Positions 1 through 10,891 of a stretch of 64,000 bases of DNA are shown in pieces (position 1 is the first letter of the stretch; each line of letters begins with the position of its first letter). Source of the stretch: Chiloscyllium plagiosum (taxonomy: Eukaryota); assembly GCF_004010195.1 (NCBI RefSeq), contig NC_057746.1, forward strand, positions 22,812,989 to 22,876,988, read 5' to 3'. The position numbers were made by a program, and so were the translations under genes. The notes below the pieces were generated by a model. That model saw nothing but the letters and a program-made list of their open reading frames with translations, searched no databases and had not been told where the DNA came from.

Positions 1-2655
1 GGGGGACTTGTCTCTCCTCAAGTTGTTCAAAATGTCCAACACATCTTCCTTCCTAACAGGTATCTCTTCTAGCTTACCAGTCCATTTCACACTCTCCTCT
101 TCTACAATACGGTCCCTCTCGTTCGTAAATACTGAAGAGAAGTACTTGTTCAAGACCTCTCCTATCTCTTCCGGCTCAATACACAGTCTCCCACTACTGT
201 CCTTGTTCGGACCTACCCTCGTTCTCGTCATTCTCAGGTTTCTCACATACGCATAAAATGCCTTGGGGTTATCCTTGATCCTATCCGCCAACGATTTTTC
301 ATGCCCTCTCTTAGCTCTCCTTATCCCTTTCTTCAGGTCCCTTCTGGCTATCCTGTATCCGTCCACTGCTCTGTCTGAATCCTGTTTCCTCAACCTTATG
401 TAAGCCTCCTTCTTCCTCTTTACAAGACATTCAACCTCCCTTGTCAACCAAGGTTCCCTCACACGACCATTTCTTTCCTGCCTGATAGGTACATACATTT
501 CATGGACACGTCGTATCTGCTCTTTGAAGAAGTTCCACATTTCCACCACATCCTTCCCTGACAGCCTGTGCTCCCAACGTATGCTCCTCAAATCCTGCCT
601 TACAGCATCGTAATTTCCCTTCCCCCAATTATAAAATCTACCTTGTTGTGCGCACCTATCTCTCTCCATCACCAAGGTGAAAGTCACAGAATTGTGGTCA
701 CCATCACCAAACTGTTCACCCACTAACAAGCCCATCACTTGTCCCGGTTCATTACCGAGTACCAAATCCAATATGGCCTCCCCTCTGGTTGGACAATCTA
801 CATACTGCGTTAGAAAAGCTTCCTGGACACACTGCGCAAACACCGCCCCATCCAATCTTCTTGATCTAAAGAGCTTCCAATCAATATTTGGGAAGTTGAA
901 ATCGCTCATGACTACTATCCTGTGGCTTCTGCACCTTTCCAAAGTCTGTTTCCCAATCTGTTTCTCCGCATCTCTGCTGCTATTGGGGGGCCTATAGTAA
1001 ACACCCAACAAGGTGACTGCACCTTTCCTATTTCTGACTTCAGCCCATACTACCTCCAAAGGCAGATCCCCCTCGAACTGCCTTTCTGCAGCTGTTATAC
1101 CATTTCTAATTAGCAACGCCATCCTCCTCCTTTTTTACCACCCTCCCTAATCTTACTGGAACATCTGTAACCAGGAACCTCCAACAACCATTCTTGTCCC
1201 TCTTCTATCCACGTTTCCGTGATGGCCACAACATCGTAGTCCCAGGTACCTATCCACGCCTTAAGTTCACCGACCTTATTTCTGATACTTCTTCCGTTGA
1301 AGTATACGCACTTGAGCCCATCTCTGTGTCCGCAAGTATTCCCTGTCTGTGCTACCTTCTTCACAGTCTCCCTACATTCTTGGACATCCTGAGAAACAGC
1401 TACTCTACTTGCTGGACTACAAGTCCGGATCCCATCCCCCTGCCAAATTAGTTTAAACCCCCCCGAAGATTGCTAGCAAACCTACCTCCCAGGATATTGG
1501 TGCCCTTCTGGTTCAGGTGCAACCCGTCCTGCTTGTACAGGTCCCACCTTCCCCAGAATGCAGTCCAATTGTCAAAATACCTGAAGCCCTCCCTCCTACA
1601 CCATCCTTGCAGCCACGTGTTCAACTGCACTCTCTCCCTATTCCTTGCCTCTCTGTCACGTGGCACCGGCAACAACCCAGAGATGACGACTCTGTCTGTC
1701 GTAGCTTTAAGCTTCCAGCCTAACTCCCTGAGCTCTTGAATGACCTCCCCACCCTTCTTCGTACCTATGTCGTTGGTGCCAACGTGCACCACGACTTCTG
1801 GCTGCACACCCTCCCCCTTAAGGATTCTGAAGACACAGTCCGAGATGTATCGGACTCTGGCACCCAGGAGGCAACAAACCATCCGAGAGTCTCGCCCATG
1901 CCCATGCCCGTCCATCCCTCTAACTAGAGAGTCTCCTATAACTATCGCTCTCCTCCTCTCTCCCTTTCCCTTCTGAGTCTCAGAGCCAGACCTCACGCCA
2001 CAGACCCGGTCACTGCAGCTTACCCCTGCTAGGCTGTCCCCCCCACCAGTATCCAAAGCTGTATACTTATTGTTTAGGGAAATGACCACAGGGGATCCCT
2101 GCACTGCCTGCTTCCTCCCCTTCCCACCTCTAACTGTTACCCAGCTACCTCTGTTCTCTGGCGTAACTATGTCCCTGTAGCTTCTATCTATCACCTTCTC
2201 AGCCTCTCGAATAATCCTCAGTTCATCCAACTCCAGCTCCAGTTCCCTAACTCGTTCTGTGAGGAGCAGGATCTGACTGCATTTCCTGCAGATGAAGTCG
2301 GCAGGAGTATCGGTGGTCACCCCTACCTCAAACATCCTGCAGGAGGAACAATTCCACTGCCTGCGCTGCCATTACTCTACACTTCGTCTCCAAAGCAAGA
2401 ACACTGAGTAGCTTACCTGTGAACTTTAAAGTTAGGTTAGAGGAGGAGGATGGCAGGGAGGCCCTACTGTGTAGGGCCTGGGGACTAGAACACACCCACT
2501 CAAATATCAATCACTTACCTTCCCGACCAGCTCTGCGCTCCAACCTCACTTCCGCCCAGCTCGCGCCGCTCTCTGCTGAGAAAAGACCGTTGGCATCGAG
2601 GTAAGTTATTTTTATATCACTTACCGTCGAGGTAAGTTCTTTTTATATCACTTAC
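1..2655 (-). mobile_element. CR1-clade LINE, 5' portion (5'UTR, ORF1, start of ORF2 APE endonuclease); continues beyond window start
   Basis: Minus-strand ORFs 1110-1364 (LKCVYFNGRSIRNK...YDVVAITETW...GGKKGGG, APE endonuclease N-terminus) and 1448-2335 (ORF1); 1-1110 is frameshifted ORF2 sequence similar to the CR1 at 45339-49280. Confidence 0.93.
1448..2372 (-). pseudogene. CR1 ORF1 protein (Cys-rich N-terminus plus SGNH/GDSL esterase domain), one frameshift near the start
   Basis: Motifs FICRKC, IVIGDSLVRG, VVVHVGTND and DGLHLN. The likely ATG (MAAQAVE) at 2372 is one base out of frame with the 295-aa ORF 1448-2335. Confidence 0.85.
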
Positions 2656-2728
2656 AGGCATGAATTGAACCCAGGTCTCTGGTGCTGTGAGATTAGCAAT
2701 GCTAACCACTGTGCCACCGTGCTGCCCA
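2656..2728 (-). mobile_element. HE1-type SINE tRNA-derived head, abutting the CR1 5' end
   Basis: Reverse complement reads GGGCAGCACGGTGGCACAGTGGTTAGCATTGCT...GGGTTCAATTC (A and B boxes), like the full copies at 22943 and 24553. Confidence 0.8.
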
Positions 2729-2759
2729 GTCATCATCTTTTTCCCAGCACTCTTACTTG

Positions 2760-3075
2760 AGTTGCTGCTCCAGGCCCAATTCCCACTCCTGCACCAACTC
2801 TGAGTCCAGCTTCTGCCACTGCTCCACTTCCTGCTCCCACTCCAGCTCCTGGTCCTATTCCAGCTCCACTCCTACTCCAGATCCAGTTTCTGCTCTTACT
2901 CCGGTTTCCTGCTTCTACTCTAGCACCCAGTCCTTCTCCAGCTTCCAGTCCTACTCCGGATCAGGTTCCTGCTCAGCTGTTCCAGTAGCTCAACCATCGC
3001 CAGTGATGGTTTCTGTTCCTGTTCTTTTCCCTGCTCCATCTGCAGCTCCAGTCCTCATTCCTGCTCTGTCTCCTG
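2760..3075. repeat. Degenerate low-complexity hexamer-like repeat (CCAGCT/CCTGCT)
   Basis: Repeated ctcc/ccagct units that give Pro/Ala/Ser-rich translations with a frame switch. Confidence 0.6.
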
Positions 3076-4364
3076 AGTAACCATTACTGATTGTCAGTAA
3101 CTGCTTTCAGTGGATCTGGGAAGGGCTATTCAATGACACTGAATGGTGTTCGTATCTGATTCTCCACCCCTCTATCTCCACCGGGACTAAATTCCGAGGG
3201 AGAAGGCCTTTTCATCAGCCTTCCTAAACTGCTGCTAACTGTGCCCCTTTAGTCACACATTCATGTCGACATAGATTGTTTCCACTAGACTCGCTGGTAA
3301 TAGCTCAGTTGCGGGCAAGCCTCTCACCATGCAGACACCACAACAGAAGGAACAATGCAGATTACTTGCCAACTCCCAGCAAGAGTGACTCAATCAAAAG
3401 TAATCTGGGGGCTAGATGCAAAATGGGGAGGCTTCTCGCATACCAGGCAATCAGCAGCCTGACAGAGTCATACTCTCAGAATCATACCTTACAGACACCA
3501 CCATCACCACCCCTGGATGTGACTTGTCACACTTGACATGGCAATACAGTGATATAAGGTTGGGAAGGAGTTGCCCAAGACGCACTGTTGAATATGGGGT
3601 GATTCATACTCACAGAACTGTGAAAGAACTGAACATTTTTCTCCCTCACTCCCTCCGCGACTTGTTGCCATCTCCAATCTGTTCAGTTTGCTGAGAACAA
3701 ACCATACAGTTGTCAACAGACAAAAGATCTGTGCCATCAATCATCGGTCGCTAGTCCATCGACCAATCAACACCTTGTTGCCAACCAGAGGCACATCTGT
3801 ACAGCCCGTCAGCTCCAAGTCATCTGCAACTCACAATTCAATTCCTGCTTGACCACACAGTTTGAAAGGTGCCTGCAATGGGAGTCAGGTTATTAGTTTC
3901 AAAACATATAGCCACCTTTGCAAACACCAGTTTTAAAACAACTTTTTCTTATTTCAATCTGTAGCTTTTAAAAAGGATTAAACTATCATGATGGACAAGT
4001 TAGTGAGGCTGCTCAGTGGACTTTAGTACATTCTAGCTATAAGATGGTAAGGTTACTCATGGGCTTCTTTGAAATACACACAAATTTGGGTGCAGTTACT
4101 GAACCTGTGAAAGGAGAATGTAATGTGCTGCAAACTGATATCAAATGGAGGCATCAGTAGGAAAATTTGTGAAGACCAAGATCTACAAGCTCAGCGAAAA
4201 GGGATTGTTATAACAGAATGCTGAGTGTTTTATAGGTCTAGAAAAAGCAGAACTCACAAGGTACCACAATGGAGGACACTTGTAATTTTGTTCAGATATA
4301 TGCTGTTCATCAATATTCAGCATCAAATGCAGTTTTCCTGTTACTATTTGGATTATTGATATCA

Positions 4365-4610
4365 AACTGTAAACCGAATGCAGAACTCACAATGTATAAC
4401 CGAATACAGAACACAGAGTCTGCAAACCGAGTGCAGAGCTCACGATCTGTAAAGTGAATACAACGCTCACAATCTGTAAACCAAGTGTAGAACTCACAGT
4501 CTTTAGGCCTATTGTAGACCTCTCAGTCTGTAAGCTGAGTACAGAGCTCAGAGTCTGTAAACAGAGTATGTGCTCACAGCTTGTAAACTGAGTACAGAGC
4601 ACACACTCCG
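4365..4610. repeat. About 27-bp minisatellite (CTGTAAACCGAGTGCAGAACTCACAGT-like), roughly 9 units
   Basis: Visible periodic repeat inside duplication unit 1. Confidence 0.85.
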
Positions 4611-5727
4611 TAATACAGACTTAAAGTGTTTTCACTCGACTCGCCGATACTAATATTGTCAGCATGCAGACAGGCCTCTCTCCATGCAGAATGCACAACA
4701 GAAGAAATAAGACAGATTACTTGTCAACTCAGAGCAAGAGTCACTCATGCAAGGCAATCCAGGCACTAGAGTCAAAACTGGGCATGTTGTCTCACTGACC
4801 AGTCAAGCAATAGCCTGATGTAATCATACACATGGAATCATATCATACAGACAGCACCATCACCATCTCTGAATATGTCCTGTCCCAACAGACGTGGGCA
4901 GCAAAGTGATATATAGTTGGGAGGCAGTTGCCCCAGAAGTCCTGTTGAATATGGGGTGTTTCATACTCACAGAGCTGGGAAAGAACTGAACACCTTTCTC
5001 TCTCACTCCCTCTGTGACTTGTGGCCATCTCCACGCTGTTCAGTTTCCCGAGAACAAGCCATATAGTTGTCAACAGGCAAAAGGTCTGTGCCATCAATCA
5101 TCGGTCACTCGTCCATCGACCAATCAACATCTTGTTGCCAACCAGAGCTGCATCCGTACAGCCCGTCAGCTCCAAGTCATCTGCAACTAACACTTCAATT
5201 CCTGCTTGGCCGCACAGTTGTTTCAACAGTGTCTGCAATGAGAGTCAGGTTATTTGTTTCAAAACATATAGCCACTTTTGCAAACACTAGTTTTAAAACA
5301 ACTTTTTCTTATTTCAGTCTGCAGCTTTTAAAAAGAATGAAACGAGCATTATGGACTAGTTAGTGAGGCTGCTAAGTGGACTTTAGCACATTCCAGCTAT
5401 AAGATTGTAAGATTACTCGTGGGCTTCTTTGAAATGCAAGAAAGTTTAGGTGCAGTTACTGACCCTGTGAAAGGAGAATGTGACGTGCTGAAAACTGGTA
5501 TCAAATGGACATATCAGTAGGAAAATTTGTGAAGACCAAGATCTACAAGCTCAGTGAAAAGGGATTGTTATAACAGAATGCTGAGTGTTTTATAGGTCTA
5601 GAGAAAGCAGAACTAGCAAGGTACCAAAATGGAAGGCACTTGTAATTGTGTTCAGATATATGTTGTTCATCAATTTTTAGCATCAAATGCAGTTTTCCTG
5701 TTACTATTTGAATTATTGTTATCAAAC

Positions 5728-6072
5728 AGTAAACTGAGTGCAGAAGTCACAGTCTGTAACCAGGTACAAAGTCCACAGTCTGTAAAGCCAATCTGGAACT
5801 CTCACTCTGTAAACTGAGTGTAGAACTTGCAATCTGTAAACCAGGTGCAGAATTCACAGTCTGCAAACCGAGAACAGAGCACACAGTCTGCAAATTGAAT
5901 GCAGAGCTCACTGTCTGTAAACGGTATACAAGACTCACAGCGTGTAAATCCAGAACAGAACCCACAGTCTGTAAACCAAGTGTAGAACTCAAGGTCTGTA
6001 AACCAAGTGTAGACTCACTGTCTGTAAACTGAGTACAGTGCACCCAGTTTGTAAACTCAGTACAGAGCACAC
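5728..6072. repeat. About 27-bp minisatellite, roughly 13 units
   Basis: Same unit as 4365-4610; the extra copies account for most of the length difference between duplication units 1 and 2. Confidence 0.85.
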
Positions 6073-7419
6073 ACTCCGTAATACAGACTTAAAGTGTTTT
6101 CACTAGACTCGCCGGTACTAATACTGTCAGCATGCAGACAGGCCTCTCTCCATGCAGAATGCACAACAGAAGAAATAAGGCAGATTACTTGTCAACTCAG
6201 AGCAAGAGTCCCTCAAGCAAGGCAATCCAGGCACTAGAGTCAAAACTGGGCATGTTGTCTCACTGACCAGTCAAGCAATAGCCTGATGTAATCATACACA
6301 TGGAATCATATCATACAGACAGCACCATCACCATCTCTGAATATGTCCTGTCCCAACAGACATGGGCAGCAGAGTGATATATAGTTGGGAGGCAGTTGCC
6401 CCAGAAGTCCTGTTGAATATGGGGTGTTTCATACTCACAGAGACGGGAAAGAACTGAACATTTTCTCTCTCGCTGCCTCCGTGACTAGTTGCCGGCTCCA
6501 ATCTGTTCAGTTACTGAGAACAAGCCATACAGTTGTCAACAGGCAAACGGTCTGTGCCATCAATCATCGGTCACTCGTCCATCGACCAATCAACATCTTG
6601 TTGCCAACCAGAGCTACATCTGTACAGCCTGTCAGCTCCAAGTCATCTGCATCTCACACTTCAATTCCTTCTTGGCCACACAGTTGTTTCAACAGATCCT
6701 GTGATGGGAGTTAGGATGTTCGTTTCAAGACTTAGGGCCACCCTTTCAAACACTAGTTTTACTACAGGAGCCCTGGCTGACCAATATAGATAGGGGATTT
6801 AGAATCTCCTCACTTCAGGGGCCTCACTCTGAGCTGGCTGGAGTGACTTGGTAAGAGGATACTGGCCTTTACGCAATTATTTCAGAGGGATTGATGGGAA
6901 ATGTTGTCAAGTCCAAGATCTACAAGCTCAGCTAAAAGTATAACAGAATGCTGAGTGGTGTATAAGTCTAAAGAAAGCAGAATTAGCAGATTACCGCAAT
7001 GGAGGGCCATTGCAATTTTGCTCAGAGACATGCTGTTCCCCAGAGCAAGGACTGCATGTTGTGTCCAGGTATTGTTGACGATCCTGGCCTGGAGGAAACA
7101 ACTGGAAAAACACAAGGAGATGATTCCACCTTCTGAGAAGGTATGTTAAGTTGGGGAAGAAAGATTGGCAGACACAATAGAGTGGACGACCGAAAGTTGG
7201 AAGGGGAACTGCGCCCAGCTGTTCAGACACAAGAGAGGAAGTAGGTAGCACGCAATTTCTATAAATTAGCCTCTGGATTTATTCTAAATGTGGTTGATAG
7301 CAGACGAGTTTGTTCTGATTTTCTCGCCACAAATTAACTTCTGCGACTTAACGGTGAATGCTAGTTATTGCGGCAGCTTCAATCAATTGTCAGTGTGTTG
7401 TGATATAACGCCGTTGAAG

Positions 7420-7893
7420 ATGGCCATGTTGGAGAAACTCCAAGAGAGTTTCCTGAATGCTAAGCCGGGAATGTTCCAAGTTTTGGGGAATTTCATTATA
7501 TTTCTAATCCTTTATGGAGTGGAATGTCTACTAGAGAATGAGATCCAATGTCCATGTCATCTGCCATCGAACATCCGCTACATCTCAATAACGTTTGTTT
7601 TCCCCGCAATGTCACTGTTCATTATTGGTCTCTTGGTACAAAGTTACTTACAGAAATTGTGTCATTTATGGTGGAGCAAGCAGAAGGTAGAGTACCGTCC
7701 ACCCACACCTATACCTAGCCTGCTGACTGTGTGTAAAGCATCAATTCCAGCAATACTATGGATTATTCTACTCTTATTGAATGGCAACTATTACGCCTGT
7801 TCCAAGTTAATCGGTAGAAGTGAAACTGCATGCGAGTCGAAATGCAATGAGAATTCCTCTGAAATTGTCCAAGACTACTGCATTGCATCACAG
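7420..7893 (+). CDS. CALHM-family (calcium homeostasis modulator, CALHM5/6-like) channel, coding exon 1
   Basis: MAMLEKLQ...IQCPCH...NIRY...FPAMSLFIIG...IPAILWIILLLLNGNYYACS...YCIASQ contains three TM helices and the family CPC and G-x-Y-Y-x-C motifs. It ends at CAG|GTAAGT (phase 0) after SQ, the usual CALHM intron position. Confidence 0.9.
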
Positions 7894-7952
7894 GTAAGTG
7901 GTTCTTTTACATGGTCACTGTAACGAGCAAAGAGAGACTGTGCTGCACTCAG

Positions 7953-8175
7953 GAGAAAGTGAGGTCTGCAGATGCTGGCGATCAGGGTCGAGAGTGTGTT
8001 GCTAGAAAAGCACAGCAGGTCAGGCAGCATCCGAGGAGCAGGGGAATCGACGCTTCGGGCATAAGCCCTTCATCAGGAATTTCTCTGATGAAGGGCTCAG
8101 GCCCGAAATGTGGATTCTCCTGCTCTTCGGATGCTGCCTGACCTGCTGAGCTTTTCCAACAACACAGTCTCGACT
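7953..8175. mobile_element. Palindromic Penelope-derived (inverted pseudo-LTR) non-autonomous element
   Basis: Arms are reverse complements around about 8080 and match the 3' end of the Penelope at 44700-44800; each arm carries a CTGATGA...GAA hammerhead-like motif. Confidence 0.8.
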
Positions 8176-8214
8176 GAGCTGTGACTAAACTCCATATATC
8201 TACCCATTGGCCAG

Positions 8215-8372
8215 GGGTTGGTGAGCCCAGTTAGCTAAGCCAGCTGCCTTATAATGCTGACCCACTATCAATTACGTGGGTTCTATTCCTGCACTGGCTG
8301 AGGTTATTATGAAGCACTCTGCTCGTCAACCTCTTCCCCTCGTGATATGCAGCGATTCTCAGGTCATAACAA
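8215..8372 (+). mobile_element. tRNA-derived SINE (non-HE1 family), degraded
   Basis: AGTTAGCTAAG...GGTTCTATTCCTGCACTGGCTGAGGTTA; related minus-strand copies at about 11960-12130 and 34235-34450. Confidence 0.6.
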
Positions 8373-9319
8373 GAAATGATGATGGTGATTTTAATTTTTA
8401 TATAGATTCCTTTTCCATATCTTGAAATACCTTGTGCATCCCTCAATCATGGACTGGCAGAAGATTGAAATTGTAACAAGGCTTTCAAACATTTCTGTGC
8501 ACAAATATTTCGTAACTTCACTTCAGTTATGAGATTTCGAACTCAAAAGTTTGCGACTACGTACCCAGGGGGAAGAGTCTATCACCGCCTGCTTCCAGTT
8601 CCCCATGTCGTTCGAACCAACCGGTAACCTTCTAGATTCCAGGGATAACAAACCGATCCCTCCCTTGCACCGTTGTATTTGGTCTCCCTCCGAGGCGAAG
8701 GATTGCAAATTGTCTCGATGAATGTGTCAGCTGAAAGTACAGTGCTTTACCTGTGATACATCTCGGTTGAAAATCTGAGCTGAGCTGGAGAGAACTGCAG
8801 GCTGTTGAAAGTAGGAACTGTGCCTGAAGGCTGTAGTTTCAAAGTGAGAAGACATGTGGTCGCCCTAATATTGGGCAAGATGGTGAAAAGCTCACTGATG
8901 GTAGATTGGAGGAAACGAAAGGTGCGGCATATGAAAGTTGGAAACACAGAAAATGCGGGAGATATTGGGCTTGAGGGGGCTATTGGGGAATGAAAGGGAG
9001 GGACATAAAAGGGCAGTTAAATGTCTAGGATGGAGCAGTTCTATGGATGATTCATTCTGGGCAATACACTTTGAGAAAGATATCAAGCCGCGGTGAGGTT
9101 GCAAATGAACCTATCTGAATGCCACCAAAGATGGGGAAGTTCGAGAGCCTCAGAAATCTACAGGACAGAAAAGGCCACTTTCCACAATCAAGTCTGCACC
9201 AGTTAGACATGAGCATTGAACTATTCTCATCCTATTTTCCAGCATCTGACCCATTGCCTTCTGTGCCTTGAGATCACAAGTGCACATCTAAATGTAAGTC
9301 AATGTCAGTGGTCTGAAGA

Positions 9320-10275
9320 CAGCAGGGAAGTTGGGAATGCTTTTATATAGCATAAAGGTTTAAAGGGCATTTGATAGTTATGCTGAATATAAGCATGCAG
9401 GTGCCACAGGCAGTGACGAAGGCATATGAGATGTTGGTCTTCATAGTGTGAGGATTGGAGTATAAGAGTGGGGATGTCTTGCTGCAATTGTATAGGGTCT
9501 TGGTGAGACTACATCTAGCGTATAATGCAGTGTTTTGGTCTCCTTATCTGGGAGAAGGTTATTCTGGCCATGTAGGGATTTACCAGACTATAGTACTGCC
9601 ATTTCAGGGAGAAAGGAGAGAGTGAGGATTGCAGATGCTGGAGATCAGAGTCAAGAGTGCGGTGCTGGTAAAGCACAGCATGTCAGGCAGCATCCAAGGA
9701 GCAAGAGAATCAATGTTTCATGCATAAGCCCTTCATCAGGAATCCTGATGAAGGGCTTATGCCTGAAACATTGATTCTCCTGTTCCTCAGATGCTGCCTG
9801 ACCTCCTGTGCTTTTCCAGCACCATACTTGGGATTCCAGGGAAAAAGACTGGATCAGTGAGGACTATATTTTCTGGAGTTTAGAAGAATGAGAGGACTTC
9901 TCATAGTGACCCATAGTTCTAACAGGACTAAACGGGTAAATGCAGTAAGAATATTTCTGAAGACTAGCAAGTCAAACCAGGGATAACAGCCTAATGATAT
10001 GAGGGAGGCCATTAAGGACTGAGATGATGAGAAATGTCTTCACCCAGAGAATGGTGAGCTTGTAGAATTATTTGCACAGAAAGTGTTTGAGGCAAACACA
10101 TTGAATATTTTCAACAATGAGCTAGATATAGTTCTTAGGACTAATGGAATCAAAAGACTTGGGGGGAAAGCAGGAACAGCATTCTGAGTTGGATGATCAG
10201 CTATGATCATAGTGATTGGGAGAGCAGTCTTGAAGGGCTGAATGGCCTACTCTTGCTCCTCCTTTCTGTGTTTTT
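9320..10275 (+). mobile_element. Degraded CR1 3' fragment interrupted by a palindromic Penelope-derived element (9615-9830)
   Basis: RT C-terminal remnants (YRVLVRLHL..., GAGAAATGTCTTCACCCAGAG) and a CR1 3' tail GGGCTGAATGGCCTACTC; inverted repeat centred near 9742. Confidence 0.8.
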
Positions 10276-10621
10276 TTTTAAATCGTGAGAGAGAAATAAA
10301 TATGGAGATTTGTTTCTACCTCCGAAAGGATCAGGAAAAAGTGGAAAGAAATTCAAAGATGTTTGTCAGAAAAACCAGAGGTCACACTTGAGAAAAATAT
10401 ACATGATAGCTTGTTATAATCCAGAATGTATTCCCTAAAAGAGTGGTAGAAGCAGAGAAGAATGGAATTAAAGGGGGAAATAAATATCACAATTTTTGGA
10501 AACTGCAGGGGAGTGGGATTAATTCTGAAACAGACTGGATTCCTCTTGTGTTGTATCATTCTATGATTCTATGCATCATTGTTTAATTGAATTTCTTATA
10601 TCTCCACCCATACCTTAACAG

Positions 10622-10891
10622 TTCATCGGCAGCCTTGCAGTGGTCATATTACTGTCTGCATTGGCAATATTCAACTTTCTTCAATATTGTTCCGACTGGA
10701 AGAGCAAATATATGTTTGAATATAACTGTAACTGTAAAAAAGAGGAAGCAAAGTTGCTGGGGGAAAAATTGAAAGCCAAGGCAGCTGAAGCTGTCAAAGA
10801 AATTTGCAAAAGTAAGATGTCAACACAATTCCCAAATGATGGGCAAATTCAGCCAGGATCCAGTCATGAAAACATGGAAATGAATTCCCAG
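10622..10891 (+). CDS. CALHM-family channel, coding exon 2 (TM4 and C-terminal helix)
   Basis: Acceptor CCATACCTTAACAG|, in frame with exon 1: FIGSLAVVILLSALAIFNFL...KYMFEY...EEAKLLGEKLKAKAAEAVKE. Strong donor CAG|GTAAGT at 10891; unspliced read-through would stop at 10945. Confidence 0.88.

Larger units (their letters stand above)
3277..7046. repeat. Tandem segmental triplication, units about 1.35-1.47 kb (starts near 3277, 4626, 6095; third copy partial)
   Basis: Shared anchors in all three copies: TGTTT(T/C)CACT(A/C)GACTCGC at 3277/4626/6095, GTGCCATCAATCATCGGTC at 3731/5088/6554, CCAAGATCTACAAGCTCAG at 4176/5536/6913. Confidence 0.93.

Noticed and set aside
2757-3080. 107-aa Ser/Pro-rich ORF
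   Set aside because: Arises from a low-complexity repeat, switches register midway, has a non-ATG start and no clear splice support.
3965-4045. Plus-strand exon-like block (acceptor and donor) in duplication units 1 and 2
   Set aside because: No conserved reading frame and absent from copy 3; cannot be supported without transcript data.
7288-7419. N-terminal extension of the CALHM ORF in the ORF track
   Set aside because: CALHM-like sequence begins at the ATG at 7420 or 7426; the upstream part looks like intron or UTR.
8523-8708. CpG-rich, foreign-looking stretch with a 61-aa minus ORF in the CALHM intron
   Set aside because: GLLSLESRRL matches the CR1 RT C-terminal GLFSLERRRL motif, so it is most likely an ancient CR1 fragment.
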